Shown piece by piece: positions 53,481 through 62,844 of a DNA stretch of 64,000 nucleotides. This stretch comes from an uncultured Pelagibacteraceae bacterium (lineage in GTDB: Bacteria > Pseudomonadota > Alphaproteobacteria > Pelagibacterales > Pelagibacteraceae). Location of the stretch: the NCBI GenBank assembly GCA_902608385.1, contig CACLNT010000007.1:3879-67878 (forward strand), in the 5' to 3' direction. A program made the position numbers and the translations under genes. A model generated the notes under the pieces. That model worked only from the letters and a program-made list of their open reading frames with translations, was not told where the DNA came from and did no database searches. Numbering within the stretch: the stretch's first letter is position 1; each line of letters begins with the position of its first letter.

Positions 53481-56400
53481 TAATTCATTTTCCAAGAATT
53501 TCTATAAGTAGAAACATCTCCTGATGTGCCTTCTATTTGAACTAAATCTTTCTTACTTTGTTCTGACTCTCCAGCAATGTTTGCAAATAATTTACCTGCA
53601 AAAGTTACAATTCTCGATAATACCCCTTTACCAACATATGTGCATTGTTCAGTACTAACTCTTTTTCCTAATCTAGAAGATAAATTCGTTCCACATTCAT
53701 CATCTACAGCACATATAAATGCTTCTCCTAAACTACAAGCATTAACAGAAGTAGTCGGTTTATAAATTGGAAAATAAACTAATCCACTAGATACAGTTGG
53801 TTCAGCTGTAACTTTTTCATAGTTATCTAACTTTATGTACCAACCTTTATCTCCAATTAACTGAGGACATTTAGCACCAGTAATATCATTTGTTGTATTT
53901 ACACATTCGGTTAGATCAGGAGCTTCTGTTGCTGTTTTTATGTCTCTATATCTAGGATAATAAGGGTCGTTAATTCCAAGCAACAAGTTATCTACACCAG
54001 CAGATTTATCTGCTATACGTTCATAATTTCCTGTTCCGGCATATAACCACATAGAATTAGTTGTTTCACCTATCGTTGCATCCATTGAATGAAACATATA
54101 TCTTTGATTAGTTGAAGTAGCTCCTGCACTAAACAACGTAGTATTTTGATAAAGATCTATTTGTAAGCCTCCCTGATTTGCTTGTTCATGAGTCATGTTG
54201 GTTAGATTAAATTTAGTAATTTTTCCCTCTAGGTCGCTTGTATAAACTAAAGCTCCTCTAAATCTTACTCCTCTTGCAGTATCTGGAGTAATAACAACAG
54301 GTGAGCCTGGCACTGCATTTATGATACTATTTCCAGGTATATCAGGGATATCAATAACTTTTAAAACTTCACCATAACCATTTATACCTTTTTCTAAATT
54401 AACAATTGTAAGATTTGATCCTACTCCAGGAGTTACAGCGGCATATCCTCCACCCATTACAGCCACATAAACATCATCTTCCAAATTTACATCGTTTCGA
54501 CCCTCAGTAGGTAACCTTATTATTCTAGGAGCCGACCAAGTGTCACCAAGTTTACTATAATCATATTCAGGTTTATTAATTAGTCCAGTTGCTGTTGAAG
54601 AGCTCTTAATTTCTACTCCTAAATCAGTACTTCCTTTAGTTTCATCTGAGGCTCCTACATCAAATCCATAATAAGTCATCTCTTCTTTAAAATTTAAAAC
54701 AGAGTATCCTGCACCATCGGAACTAACAGTAAACTTTGTGTAAGGCTGTTGATCTTTCGTTACAATTAAATCTGCTGATTTTAAACCTCTTATTGGGAGG
54801 GTCCATACTTTTGCTTTATGACACTGGGTGTTTCCAGAACTATCACATGTTTGTGATGTTGAACTATCTTCAGCATTATCTTTTGCTCTCTTTGCTTCAT
54901 TAAAGGAAGCCAAACCATAATGAGTTGCTATATATTCCCATTCTTCAAAACCTCCTTTATGATCTACAAAATGGACTTTTTTTAGTATGTAATCATTATA
55001 TATTGAATATAAGTGTTCTGGATTTTTTGGATCTGTTACATCTAAAACAGAAAAACCTGCACCACCTCTACCGTAAGGTATCATCAATATTGTGTACCAG
55101 CCTTTACCATTTGTACCTGGTTTTATAAAATACATGTCATGCACAACAGGAGAACCATCGACACCGTATATAGCATTGGATCCACCATAACCTTGATCTT
55201 TATTTCTATTTAAATTTGCATTAACCATTTCAGGTAATCTGCCGCCTATGAATGGTGGTATAAAACCCCATAACTCAACACCAGTTTTTGCATCAAATGC
55301 ATGAAGCATCCCATCATTAGCTCCGACATAAATAACTGAGTCTCTAACTATACTGTTAGCCCAAGCTTTATAGCCCTTAATTGATCTCCAATATGCTTCT
55401 TGATTTGTTCCAACAAAGGCAGTTTCTGCATTAGGCTCGTCAACAACAACCATTTCAGAGTGATAAATATCTCCCAATATGCATTTTGTAAAATTGCAAG
55501 TTAATGGGTCTTTTCTTACTTCAGTTAAATTACAATCTGAATTATAATCAAAATAATCTTCCCCTCGTATAAAATTAATAAGTCCTTTAATATCATCATC
55601 AGTTCCATTTTCTATGTTGGCTGACCCAGGTTTTGAACTGCCTGAACATCTCGTTGTATTGGGTGGATCATTATCACTATTCTCACTATGATATCCGGCA
55701 ACTTCATTTCCTAATCTTTCAAATAATCCGGTTATGTCGGACAAATTACCTTCTACAAAATTATTATATTTACGTACAGTTGCAGTACCAGCATCATTAG
55801 GTACACCCTTGTAATCAGCATCTATTATAGTCCAAATATTTCTAGCATCTGGATTGGGCATTAAATTAGCTGCACTCCAAGTATCATTTGGGTCAATATC
55901 CCCTTTAGAATCTATTGCTGTTCTTGTTAAAGTTCCATTCCACTCTTTGTTTTGTTGATAATCGAATTGTGCTTGAAACAAGCTTCCACCTTTTTCAATT
56001 GTTGCCGTAATTGCAGGCGCAGTAAATGACAATTTGGCTGCAATAATTTGTGAAATAGCAGCTTTTAACTGTGATTTTAAAGAGGCTGTATTGTCAGCAA
56101 TAATTACATCTTTAGTTCCACCAGCTATAGCCATTGCTCTAAAATTATTAATTCCGTTAGTACCTATTCCTCCTCCATAGGCAACTGTAAATGTTTTAAT
56201 TCCACCATTTTCAGGTTTTTTCATATTTTTTACCTGCTTTATTGCAGTATCATGATTTTGCCACCCTCCATCTCCAATAACCAATACATAACTATTTTGA
56301 CATGGAGAACCATCATCAATGGGTGAATGTGTTGCGTTCGCATAATATTGACTTGCCATTCTTGCCCATATAGCGGCATCTGTCCCACCTTTTGGACTTA

Positions 56401-57661
56401 CACTTTTCACAACTTTCCAAGTTTTTTCTGCACCGTCAGCATGAACTTTAACTTTTAAACAATTATTACTAGTACAAGGGATTCCTTGATCTTTTTTTGT
56501 ATTCCAGCCTGTAAACCATTTTGCTCCACCTTTCCATTGAGAAGACCACCAACCAAATCCGAAATTAACTCCTGCTTTTAAAGCAGGATCCGATGTAATA
56601 GCTTGAATTGCTTCATGCGCTCCGGTCATTCTTGTTCCCGTGCTGCCTCCTATTTCTTTTAACCAACCTAAGTTTAAATTATAGAACTGAACTGAGGGCT
56701 TCCAGTAATCTGAAACAGCAATTCTGTCATTAGTTGTGTCTATAGCTATATCTCTAGGATAATAGCTTTTAACTTTTGAAGCTGTTGATTTTGCAGCACC
56801 TCTACTTCCTTTACTGCTAGAAGTAGTTAGACCATTTCTATTTGCATTCATTGTATATTTATATAATTTATGCTGGTTCATGTTTGTTACGTATAGAATT
56901 GAGTCATCTGTTGGATGGCCTTCCATTCCCCATGAATACTTCAAAGATTTAATATAAATACGGCTAGTATAATTTGCTGATGGACAATTATTTGTAATTG
57001 CATGTCTATATATATATCTATAACGATGAAAATAAAAATTGCTTCCAGAGGCATCAAGACCTATAGAATACGAATTATTAATTTGATTATTTGTTATAGC
57101 ATTACATGAGATATCTGTGTCTGTACTTAAGTTACGTACATATAAACCTTTAAAACTTAAAGCATACAAAATATCGCCTCTGATTTTCATCTTACGATAA
57201 TATTTGTCTGAAGATTTCCACAAACATGCTCCACTGGCTATATTAATTTTGTAAATTCCACCCAAATAATCAGCGATGTATAAATTGCCACCGTGTATTC
57301 CCATAGAATAAACATACCTTATATTACACGTTGTTCCTGATGTAGTTACTCCTGAAAATATTCCTGAATTTGCAAAATTTTTATCCACTAGTTTTGTATC
57401 GTAAGTAAATTTTTTAATTCCCGTCATAAGTTGCGCAACATATACATCTCCATTAGAATCAAAAACTTGATCCATAGGATAGTAAACTCCAGCTCCATCA
57501 ATCATTTTTGCCGACATACTCCCAGATCTATCTAAAAGAATTAATACGTTAGCAGGAACATCTCCAATACCAGATCCTGGCGGTAAAGCTTTTGAAAAAG
57601 CGTTACTTGTTAATAAAATAAATGATATTAATAAGTTAATTATAAAAAATTTAATTTTCAT
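53477..57661 (-). CDS. pilY1: PilY1/PilC-like type IV pilus adhesin, paralog B
   Basis: Signal peptide, MIDAS DRSGS, VLVIGDG, LGDIYHS, YVGANDGMLHAFD, ELWGFIP, YGVDGSP, LGDTWSAP, GWYIKL; ends the minor pilin operon. Confidence 0.88.
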   Translation of the reverse strand: MKIKFFIINLLISFILLTSNAFSKALPPGSGIGDVPANVLILLDRSGSMSAKMIDGAGVYYPMDQVFDSNGDVYVAQLMTGIKKFTYDTKLVDKNFANSGIFSGVTTSGTTCNIRYVYSMGIHGGNLYIADYLGGIYKINIASGACLWKSSDKYYRKMKIRGDILYALSFKGLYVRNLSTDTDISCNAITNNQINNSYSIGLDASGSNFYFHRYRYIYRHAITNNCPSANYTSRIYIKSLKYSWGMEGHPTDDSILYVTNMNQHKLYKYTMNANRNGLTTSSSKGSRGAAKSTASKVKSYYPRDIAIDTTNDRIAVSDYWKPSVQFYNLNLGWLKEIGGSTGTRMTGAHEAIQAITSDPALKAGVNFGFGWWSSQWKGGAKWFTGWNTKKDQGIPCTSNNCLKVKVHADGAEKTWKVVKSVSPKGGTDAAIWARMASQYYANATHSPIDDGSPCQNSYVLVIGDGGWQNHDTAIKQVKNMKKPENGGIKTFTVAYGGGIGTNGINNFRAMAIAGGTKDVIIADNTASLKSQLKAAISQIIAAKLSFTAPAITATIEKGGSLFQAQFDYQQNKEWNGTLTRTAIDSKGDIDPNDTWSAANLMPNPDARNIWTIIDADYKGVPNDAGTATVRKYNNFVEGNLSDITGLFERLGNEVAGYHSENSDNDPPNTTRCSGSSKPGSANIENGTDDDIKGLINFIRGEDYFDYNSDCNLTEVRKDPLTCNFTKCILGDIYHSEMVVVDEPNAETAFVGTNQEAYWRSIKGYKAWANSIVRDSVIYVGANDGMLHAFDAKTGVELWGFIPPFIGGRLPEMVNANLNRNKDQGYGGSNAIYGVDGSPVVHDMYFIKPGTNGKGWYTILMIPYGRGGAGFSVLDVTDPKNPEHLYSIYNDYILKKVHFVDHKGGFEEWEYIATHYGLASFNEAKRAKDNAEDSSTSQTCDSSGNTQCHKAKVWTLPIRGLKSADLIVTKDQQPYTKFTVSSDGAGYSVLNFKEEMTYYGFDVGASDETKGSTDLGVEIKSSSTATGLINKPEYDYSKLGDTWSAPRIIRLPTEGRNDVNLEDDVYVAVMGGGYAAVTPGVGSNLTIVNLEKGINGYGEVLKVIDIPDIPGNSIINAVPGSPVVITPDTARGVRFRGALVYTSDLEGKITKFNLTNMTHEQANQGGLQIDLYQNTTLFSAGATSTNQRYMFHSMDATIGETTNSMWLYAGTGNYERIADKSAGVDNLLLGINDPYYPRYRDIKTATEAPDLTECVNTTNDITGAKCPQLIGDKGWYIKLDNYEKVTAEPTVSSGLVYFPIYKPTTSVNACSLGEAFICAVDDECGTNLSSRLGKRVSTEQCTYVGKGVLSRIVTFAGKLFANIAGESEQSKKDLVQIEGTSGDVSTYRNSWKMNY

Positions 57662-57664
57662 ATT

Positions 57665-58210
57665 TTATTCAGTCTCTTCTTCAGGTTTACCGTCTTCTAC
57701 TTCTTCTATTTCATTATAGAATGCTCCAAGTTTTAAATCATATTCATTATTTGAAATATAAATTTCCTCCTCAATTCTACCTTCAGGACTTCTTAATCTT
57801 TTATATAATATTATTTTGCCAAACGTTTCCCAAGATGCAAAATTATTATAAATAGCTGGATTTTCACCTGTATCAAAATCTCCATAAGTTTTTTTTGCAT
57901 AATTCATAAGCGTTAGCTTGTTGCTTAATGAATTTTTTTCATCGTTAAAAACAACCATTCTTATTGCAGCAAGATTTTCACCTAAAAAGATATATTCAAC
58001 TGCAATACCTTGATCTAAGTTATCATTTGGACATATATCCGTGGATATTACAGGCAACATGAATAGACCATCAAACTGAGGAAATGGTTCTCCAAATTTT
58101 TTAACAAATTTTGCTTTATTATCCCCAATATCAATAATGAAGTCACAAGCAGCCTGCACTGGCGACATATATAAAGAGAGTGATAATAAAAGTAATAAAA
58201 TTTTTCTCAT
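57665..58210 (-). CDS. Hypothetical exported protein
   Basis: Signal peptide (VQA-A), acidic C-terminus; lies between pilX and pilY1. Confidence 0.65.
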   Translation of the reverse strand: MRKILLLLLSLSLYMSPVQAACDFIIDIGDNKAKFVKKFGEPFPQFDGLFMLPVISTDICPNDNLDQGIAVEYIFLGENLAAIRMVVFNDEKNSLSNKLTLMNYAKKTYGDFDTGENPAIYNNFASWETFGKIILYKRLRSPEGRIEEEIYISNNEYDLKLGAFYNEIEEVEDGKPEEETE

Positions 58211-58273
58211 TTAATTAGCTATTATAACAAATTGTAAGAAAAATCATCAATGTCTTTGTGCCCAATATTAATT

Positions 58274-59035
58274 CTATTTTGGTAAAACAATCACACTTTC
58301 TAAATTAATAACCATTGGATCAAGGCCAGCTCCGTTCCTAATTCCGCATCCATAAATTCTATATGCCATACCATCATTTCCAGTATCAGTTGCAGATTTT
58401 TTAATGCTTGAGCCGGTTCCTCTAAAAGGAGCAGCTCCAATTTGAGTCACAAAAAATTCATAATAGAAGAATTTTAATTTTTCTGCTTCGTTTTGTTCTT
58501 GAACAGTACCATTGTCTTCCAAACTTATACGTAATAATGTTCCATAATTATTGCTGATGGCACCCTGATTACCGTCGAAATCTTCAACTACTTTAAAATC
58601 AGTTTGTAAACCTGATGTAGGATCGAAAGCACCTGGAAAACTTTTAAAGCAGATATCTCCATTACTAACCATATCATATGTATTAGAAGCTCCACCCAGA
58701 TAGTTCACCGTAAATCGATGTGAAGCATCAAGTTGATAATTTTCTAAAGTCATTGTTCCATTGAAAGAAGTTGTTTGATTTACGGGTAATTTTCTTTTTG
58801 ACGTGTCTCTTGTTCCAGATACATATGGTCCTAAGTATTGATTAAGAACCCACCTTTCCCCTTCAAGCAAAGCTGTTTCTGCTACATAAAAGGTTTGTTG
58901 ATATTGATCATTTTGATTATTGGAAGAGTGATCTCCTGCTGAAATTACAATCAAAGCTCCACCCATTAATGACATTGCAAGCATTAATACAAGTGATAAC
59001 ACCAAAGCAAATCCTTTTTCGTTGTTATTTTTCAT
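58274..59035 (-). CDS. pilX: PilX-like minor pilin
   Basis: MKNNNEKG|FALVLSLVLM (no Glu5, as in PilX), TFYVAETAL..GE; ATG at 59035. Confidence 0.8.
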   Translation of the reverse strand: MKNNNEKGFALVLSLVLMLAMSLMGGALIVISAGDHSSNNQNDQYQQTFYVAETALLEGERWVLNQYLGPYVSGTRDTSKRKLPVNQTTSFNGTMTLENYQLDASHRFTVNYLGGASNTYDMVSNGDICFKSFPGAFDPTSGLQTDFKVVEDFDGNQGAISNNYGTLLRISLEDNGTVQEQNEAEKLKFFYYEFFVTQIGAAPFRGTGSSIKKSATDTGNDGMAYRIYGCGIRNGAGLDPMVINLESVIVLPK

Positions 59036-59036
59036 T

Positions 59037-59891
59037 CTATTGAATTCCCAAATTCCTTGCATGTGCAGATACAACAATTGTATCTCTTAAATACTTATCA
59101 TCTTTATTTATTTTTCTACTATCATCGATAAGACCTTTTTTTACTCTTTTTTTTGAAGTTCTAAAAAATCTTTTTTTTGATCTTACAGTTAATAAGATGT
59201 CCACTACCTTGATTGTATATAATTTATCTGGATTATTTGTGGTAGAAGGGGGAGGGTCATAAGCTTGTCCATCCGGGCCGATAGGAACAAAAATTAAATC
59301 TTCGATATATTGCACAATTGGTTCAGATAAGTAAGTTTCAGAATCTCCATCAGCATCTGGATCTAACCACTTTTTGCTTACGTCATCCCATTTCACTTTT
59401 GATTTATGGATAGCCTTAATTTGTTTTGTAGTTCCTAAAGAATTGAAACCGGTACCTCCTGTTAGTGGGCTTTCTTTATCTGGAATGTTGGAAAGTATAC
59501 ATTCATAAGTTATTTTTATTCTTTCAAATTCTTGTTTTATAGGTGTTACAGATCGATCATATCTAATATCACCAAAAACAATTTCTATCTTATCACAAGG
59601 GTTAGAAGGATTTTTTTTTGTAATTAATATTGGAATATGTTTAGTGCTATCTGTTTGAATATTGTCATTAAAGTATTTGTATCCAGCCATTCGAACATCT
59701 CTTATAATCATTCCTACTACATCTCTTCCAGTTTGACTTATTTTTGCAGTATCAGTTACTTGTGAGTATGTGCTATTAACAACGTTATAAGAAGTATACA
59801 TTGCAGCCATCATTATAACTGAAATTACTACTCCTATTAAAATTTCGATTAATGTTATACCTGCTATTGAATTAATTTTTTTTTTCATCAA
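59037..59891 (-). CDS. pilW: PilW-like minor pilin
   Basis: AG|ITLIEILIG, IIRDVRMAGY, C-terminal ARN. Confidence 0.8.
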   Translation of the reverse strand: MMKKKINSIAGITLIEILIGVVISVIMMAAMYTSYNVVNSTYSQVTDTAKISQTGRDVVGMIIRDVRMAGYKYFNDNIQTDSTKHIPILITKKNPSNPCDKIEIVFGDIRYDRSVTPIKQEFERIKITYECILSNIPDKESPLTGGTGFNSLGTTKQIKAIHKSKVKWDDVSKKWLDPDADGDSETYLSEPIVQYIEDLIFVPIGPDGQAYDPPPSTTNNPDKLYTIKVVDILLTVRSKKRFFRTSKKRVKKGLIDDSRKINKDDKYLRDTIVVSAHARNLGIQ

Positions 59892-60457
59892 TGAATTTGG
59901 AAATAAAGAAATTTTGTTTTTACTCTGTCACCCGCTTTTATGGTAACTTGCATTTTACCAAAGTATAATTTGTCATGAATATCCCCGTTTTTGTAGTGGC
60001 AAGGTGGATCAGAACTACAAATATCAAAAATTTTAAAGGATTTTAGAGTTGGTGCATTATCATCACACTTAATTCTTTGCTTTGAAAATCGCTTATCCCA
60101 TTTATTTTTTTTTTCATCTAAAACATTAGCTGCTGAACTACTTAAAACCGTTCCCTCAGAACAAGTATCCATTGACCAAGAATTTTTATCCCCAGAGGTT
60201 GGTCTAATATCAACCATGTGTTCATAGAGTCTTTTTCCCGAAATATCAGCAAATTTATCAGCAAGTAAATCTTCAGCAACCATTCCCGTTAAATAGGTTG
60301 TTTTTGTTCTTTCGTTAGAAACATCTATAGATTGAATCGAGTAACTGACCATTTGGAATATAGCTATAAAACCAATACTAATAATTGCGGTTGATACCAA
60401 GGCCTCTATAAGAGACATACCCTTTTCAGAATTTTTTTTATTTAATTGACCAAGCAT
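59888..60457 (-). CDS. pilV: PilV-like minor pilin
   Basis: KG|MSLIEALVS; position between fimU and pilW; ATG at 60457 preferred. Confidence 0.75.
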   Translation of the reverse strand: MLGQLNKKNSEKGMSLIEALVSTAIISIGFIAIFQMVSYSIQSIDVSNERTKTTYLTGMVAEDLLADKFADISGKRLYEHMVDIRPTSGDKNSWSMDTCSEGTVLSSSAANVLDEKKNKWDKRFSKQRIKCDDNAPTLKSFKIFDICSSDPPCHYKNGDIHDKLYFGKMQVTIKAGDRVKTKFLYFQIH

Positions 60458-61106
60458 TTCCGTTCCACTGGTATAGATTTGTACCACCAAATCTTGACCA
60501 TTCCACTAAATAAGCTGGTTTTTGCAAACTTGAAAGCTTACACTCTCCTTTTACCCCATTCTGTTGAATTCCATTAATGTCGTATTGGTTTAGATCACAT
60601 ATAACAATGTAAGTATCTGAAATTGTTCCACGTATATTTGCGTTTGGATTTGAAGCTAAAGATCCGGATGTACCATAATGCGAACCATCTTTTGAAAAGC
60701 AAACTGCACCAGAATTATCTTTATGAATGGCAACTTCAGCTTCATAAACATGAACTTCGTGATTATCCCAAACACCTGAATTTACTATGTCACAGTTTAG
60801 AGTATTACCTGCGTTTAATATAGTGCCTAAACTTTTTTGTGACATTCCTTTAGTTTTAAAAATTTTTTTATCTACACCGTCTGTAATACCAAAAGTAAAT
60901 TGAGCATAAGGAAAAGATCCTCTTTGTGTTTGTGCTACTATACCTGAAACCATAGAGGCAATTTTTTGTGCAGCAGCTCTTACTTCCCTGTCTTTTCGCC
61001 AATCCATAAAATTTGGATATCCGACAGCGGATATTACAGCTACAATAACTACAACTACAAGCAGCTCTAGTAACGAGAACCCTTTAATGTCCTGCTTTTG
61101 CGGCAC
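60438..61106 (-). CDS. fimU: FimT/FimU-like minor pilin
   Basis: KG|FSLLELLVVVVIVAVISAVGYPNF..W; first gene of the minor pilin set. Confidence 0.72.
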   Translation of the reverse strand: MPQKQDIKGFSLLELLVVVVIVAVISAVGYPNFMDWRKDREVRAAAQKIASMVSGIVAQTQRGSFPYAQFTFGITDGVDKKIFKTKGMSQKSLGTILNAGNTLNCDIVNSGVWDNHEVHVYEAEVAIHKDNSGAVCFSKDGSHYGTSGSLASNPNANIRGTISDTYIVICDLNQYDINGIQQNGVKGECKLSSLQKPAYLVEWSRFGGTNLYQWNGNAWSIK

Positions 61107-62100
61107 CTTGGTCTATTTTTCCTGATTTAACTAATTCCTCTAAGGATTTATCCATCGTTATCATACCATCTCTAACAGCAGTTTGCATTATGCTTGGTAT
61201 TTGGTGAATTTTTGCTTCTCGAATTAGGTTTTGAATTGGAGGAGTACATTTCATTATTTCAAATGCAGCAACTCTACCTTGACCATCTTTTGTTTTTAAT
61301 AATCTTTGTGTCATTACCATTTTTAAAGATGTAGAAATTTGTGCACGAATTTGTTCTTGTTGTTCTGGCGGGAACACATCAATAATTCTATTAATTGTAC
61401 TTGGGGCACCGCTAGTATGCAAAGTTCCAAAAACCAAGTGGCCAGTTTCAGCTGCCGTTAATGCTAGACCAATTGTTTCAAGATCTCTCATTTCTCCAAC
61501 AAGAATTACATCAGGGTCTTCTCTTAGCGCTGCCTTTAAAGCTGAAGCAAAAGATTTTGTTTGTTTTCCAACTTCTCTGTGAGAAATTATACTTTTATTA
61601 TCTTTATGAATGAATTCTACAGGATCTTCTACGGTTATAATATTTGATGATCTAGTTTTATTTATTTCATTTATAATTGCAGCAAGTGTTGTTGATTTTC
61701 CTGAACCTGTTGGTCCTGTGACTAAAACTAAACCTTTATGAAAATCTACGACATCATAAAGTGATTGTGGTAAATTAAATTGATCCATTTCAGGAATTTT
61801 GCTTTCAACCCTTCTAAGAACAGCAGCCGGCCCATTAATTGTTTTATAAAAATTTGCCCTAAATCTAAGTCCGCTTATCATCACTGCCGAGTCTAATTCA
61901 TGAGTGGTTTCAAATCTTTCTGTTTCAACCTCATTACAATTCATTGACATTAAATCTTTTAAATCTTGCTCTTTTATAATGACTTCTTTGACCATTATAA
62001 TTTCCCCAGTTTGCCTGTAAGACAATGGAGAACCCGCTCTAATATGAAAATCAGAAATTTTCTTATTATTTTTTGCTAAATCTTCTAGTTTTTCAAACAT
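61084..62100 (-). CDS. pilT: Type IV pilus retraction ATPase
   Basis: GPTGSGKSTT, EDPVE, ALREDPD..VGEMRD, AETGHLVFGTLHT, IQNLIRE (AIRNLIRE-like). Confidence 0.93.
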   Translation of the reverse strand: MFEKLEDLAKNNKKISDFHIRAGSPLSYRQTGEIIMVKEVIIKEQDLKDLMSMNCNEVETERFETTHELDSAVMISGLRFRANFYKTINGPAAVLRRVESKIPEMDQFNLPQSLYDVVDFHKGLVLVTGPTGSGKSTTLAAIINEINKTRSSNIITVEDPVEFIHKDNKSIISHREVGKQTKSFASALKAALREDPDVILVGEMRDLETIGLALTAAETGHLVFGTLHTSGAPSTINRIIDVFPPEQQEQIRAQISTSLKMVMTQRLLKTKDGQGRVAAFEIMKCTPPIQNLIREAKIHQIPSIMQTAVRDGMITMDKSLEELVKSGKIDQGAAKAGH

Positions 62101-62268
62101 AGTTAATATTTTACTCTTTTAATATCAGAATATTTACCACTTTCACCGCTTAAAGTGAAAAAAAAACCTACAATAAGGAGAGACTTTTCATAATTATTGA
62201 CAAACATTGCTCAAAAACCAAGCTATGTAAAAAGATTGATTACACCTATTTTAGGTTGTAAAATACCC

Positions 62269-62844
62269 ATGACAGGGGAGATAAAAACTACAATGAGTTT
62301 AGAAAAAACTACAATGGGTATAGATAAAATCATTTCTTTTGAAGAAGCCACGAAAGAAAAAGGTGAAAAAAAACCTATTTTTTCTCAAGGGCTTTACCAT
62401 TGGGTGATGTTCATTCTCTCTTTATATACAAGAGTGCGCCAAAATTTAAAAATGGACTTTGAATCTTTCGTTATACTTCAAGTTGTTGTTAGTCATTCGC
62501 TTTATCAAATAAATAAAGCAGGAAATAAAACATTTTCAGAGCTTGAAGATCAGATGACACAGATTGGAGAAAGTAGAAGAATAAGAAATAACAAGTTAAG
62601 TTTTGCAAGCATTGCAGATGTTCTGGGACTTCCAAGAGAAACAGTTAGAAGAAAAGTATTAAGCTTAAGTAAAAATAAGATTTTACTAGTTAACAATGAC
62701 AATGGAATTAAGCTTGGACCAGCTTACAAAACAATTTATAAAGAATTTGTTGCACAAACTACTGTAGACTTAGGTTCTTTGATAAAAAAGTGGAAAAAGA
62801 GTGGGGCATTAGAACATTTATTAGGGATAGATACAAAACTATGA
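62269..62844 (+). CDS. Hypothetical HTH DNA-binding protein (start uncertain: 62269, 62293 or 62314)
   Basis: SFASIADVLGLPRETVRRKVLSL HTH plus wing. The track's TTG at 62197 is part of TTGACA, more likely a -35 box. Confidence 0.65.
   Translation: MTGEIKTTMSLEKTTMGIDKIISFEEATKEKGEKKPIFSQGLYHWVMFILSLYTRVRQNLKMDFESFVILQVVVSHSLYQINKAGNKTFSELEDQMTQIGESRRIRNNKLSFASIADVLGLPRETVRRKVLSLSKNKILLVNNDNGIKLGPAYKTIYKEFVAQTTVDLGSLIKKWKKSGALEHLLGIDTKL

Noticed and set aside
62197-62268. TTG-initiated N-terminal extension of the HTH protein
   Set aside because: The TTG is part of a TTGACA box and better ATG starts lie downstream.
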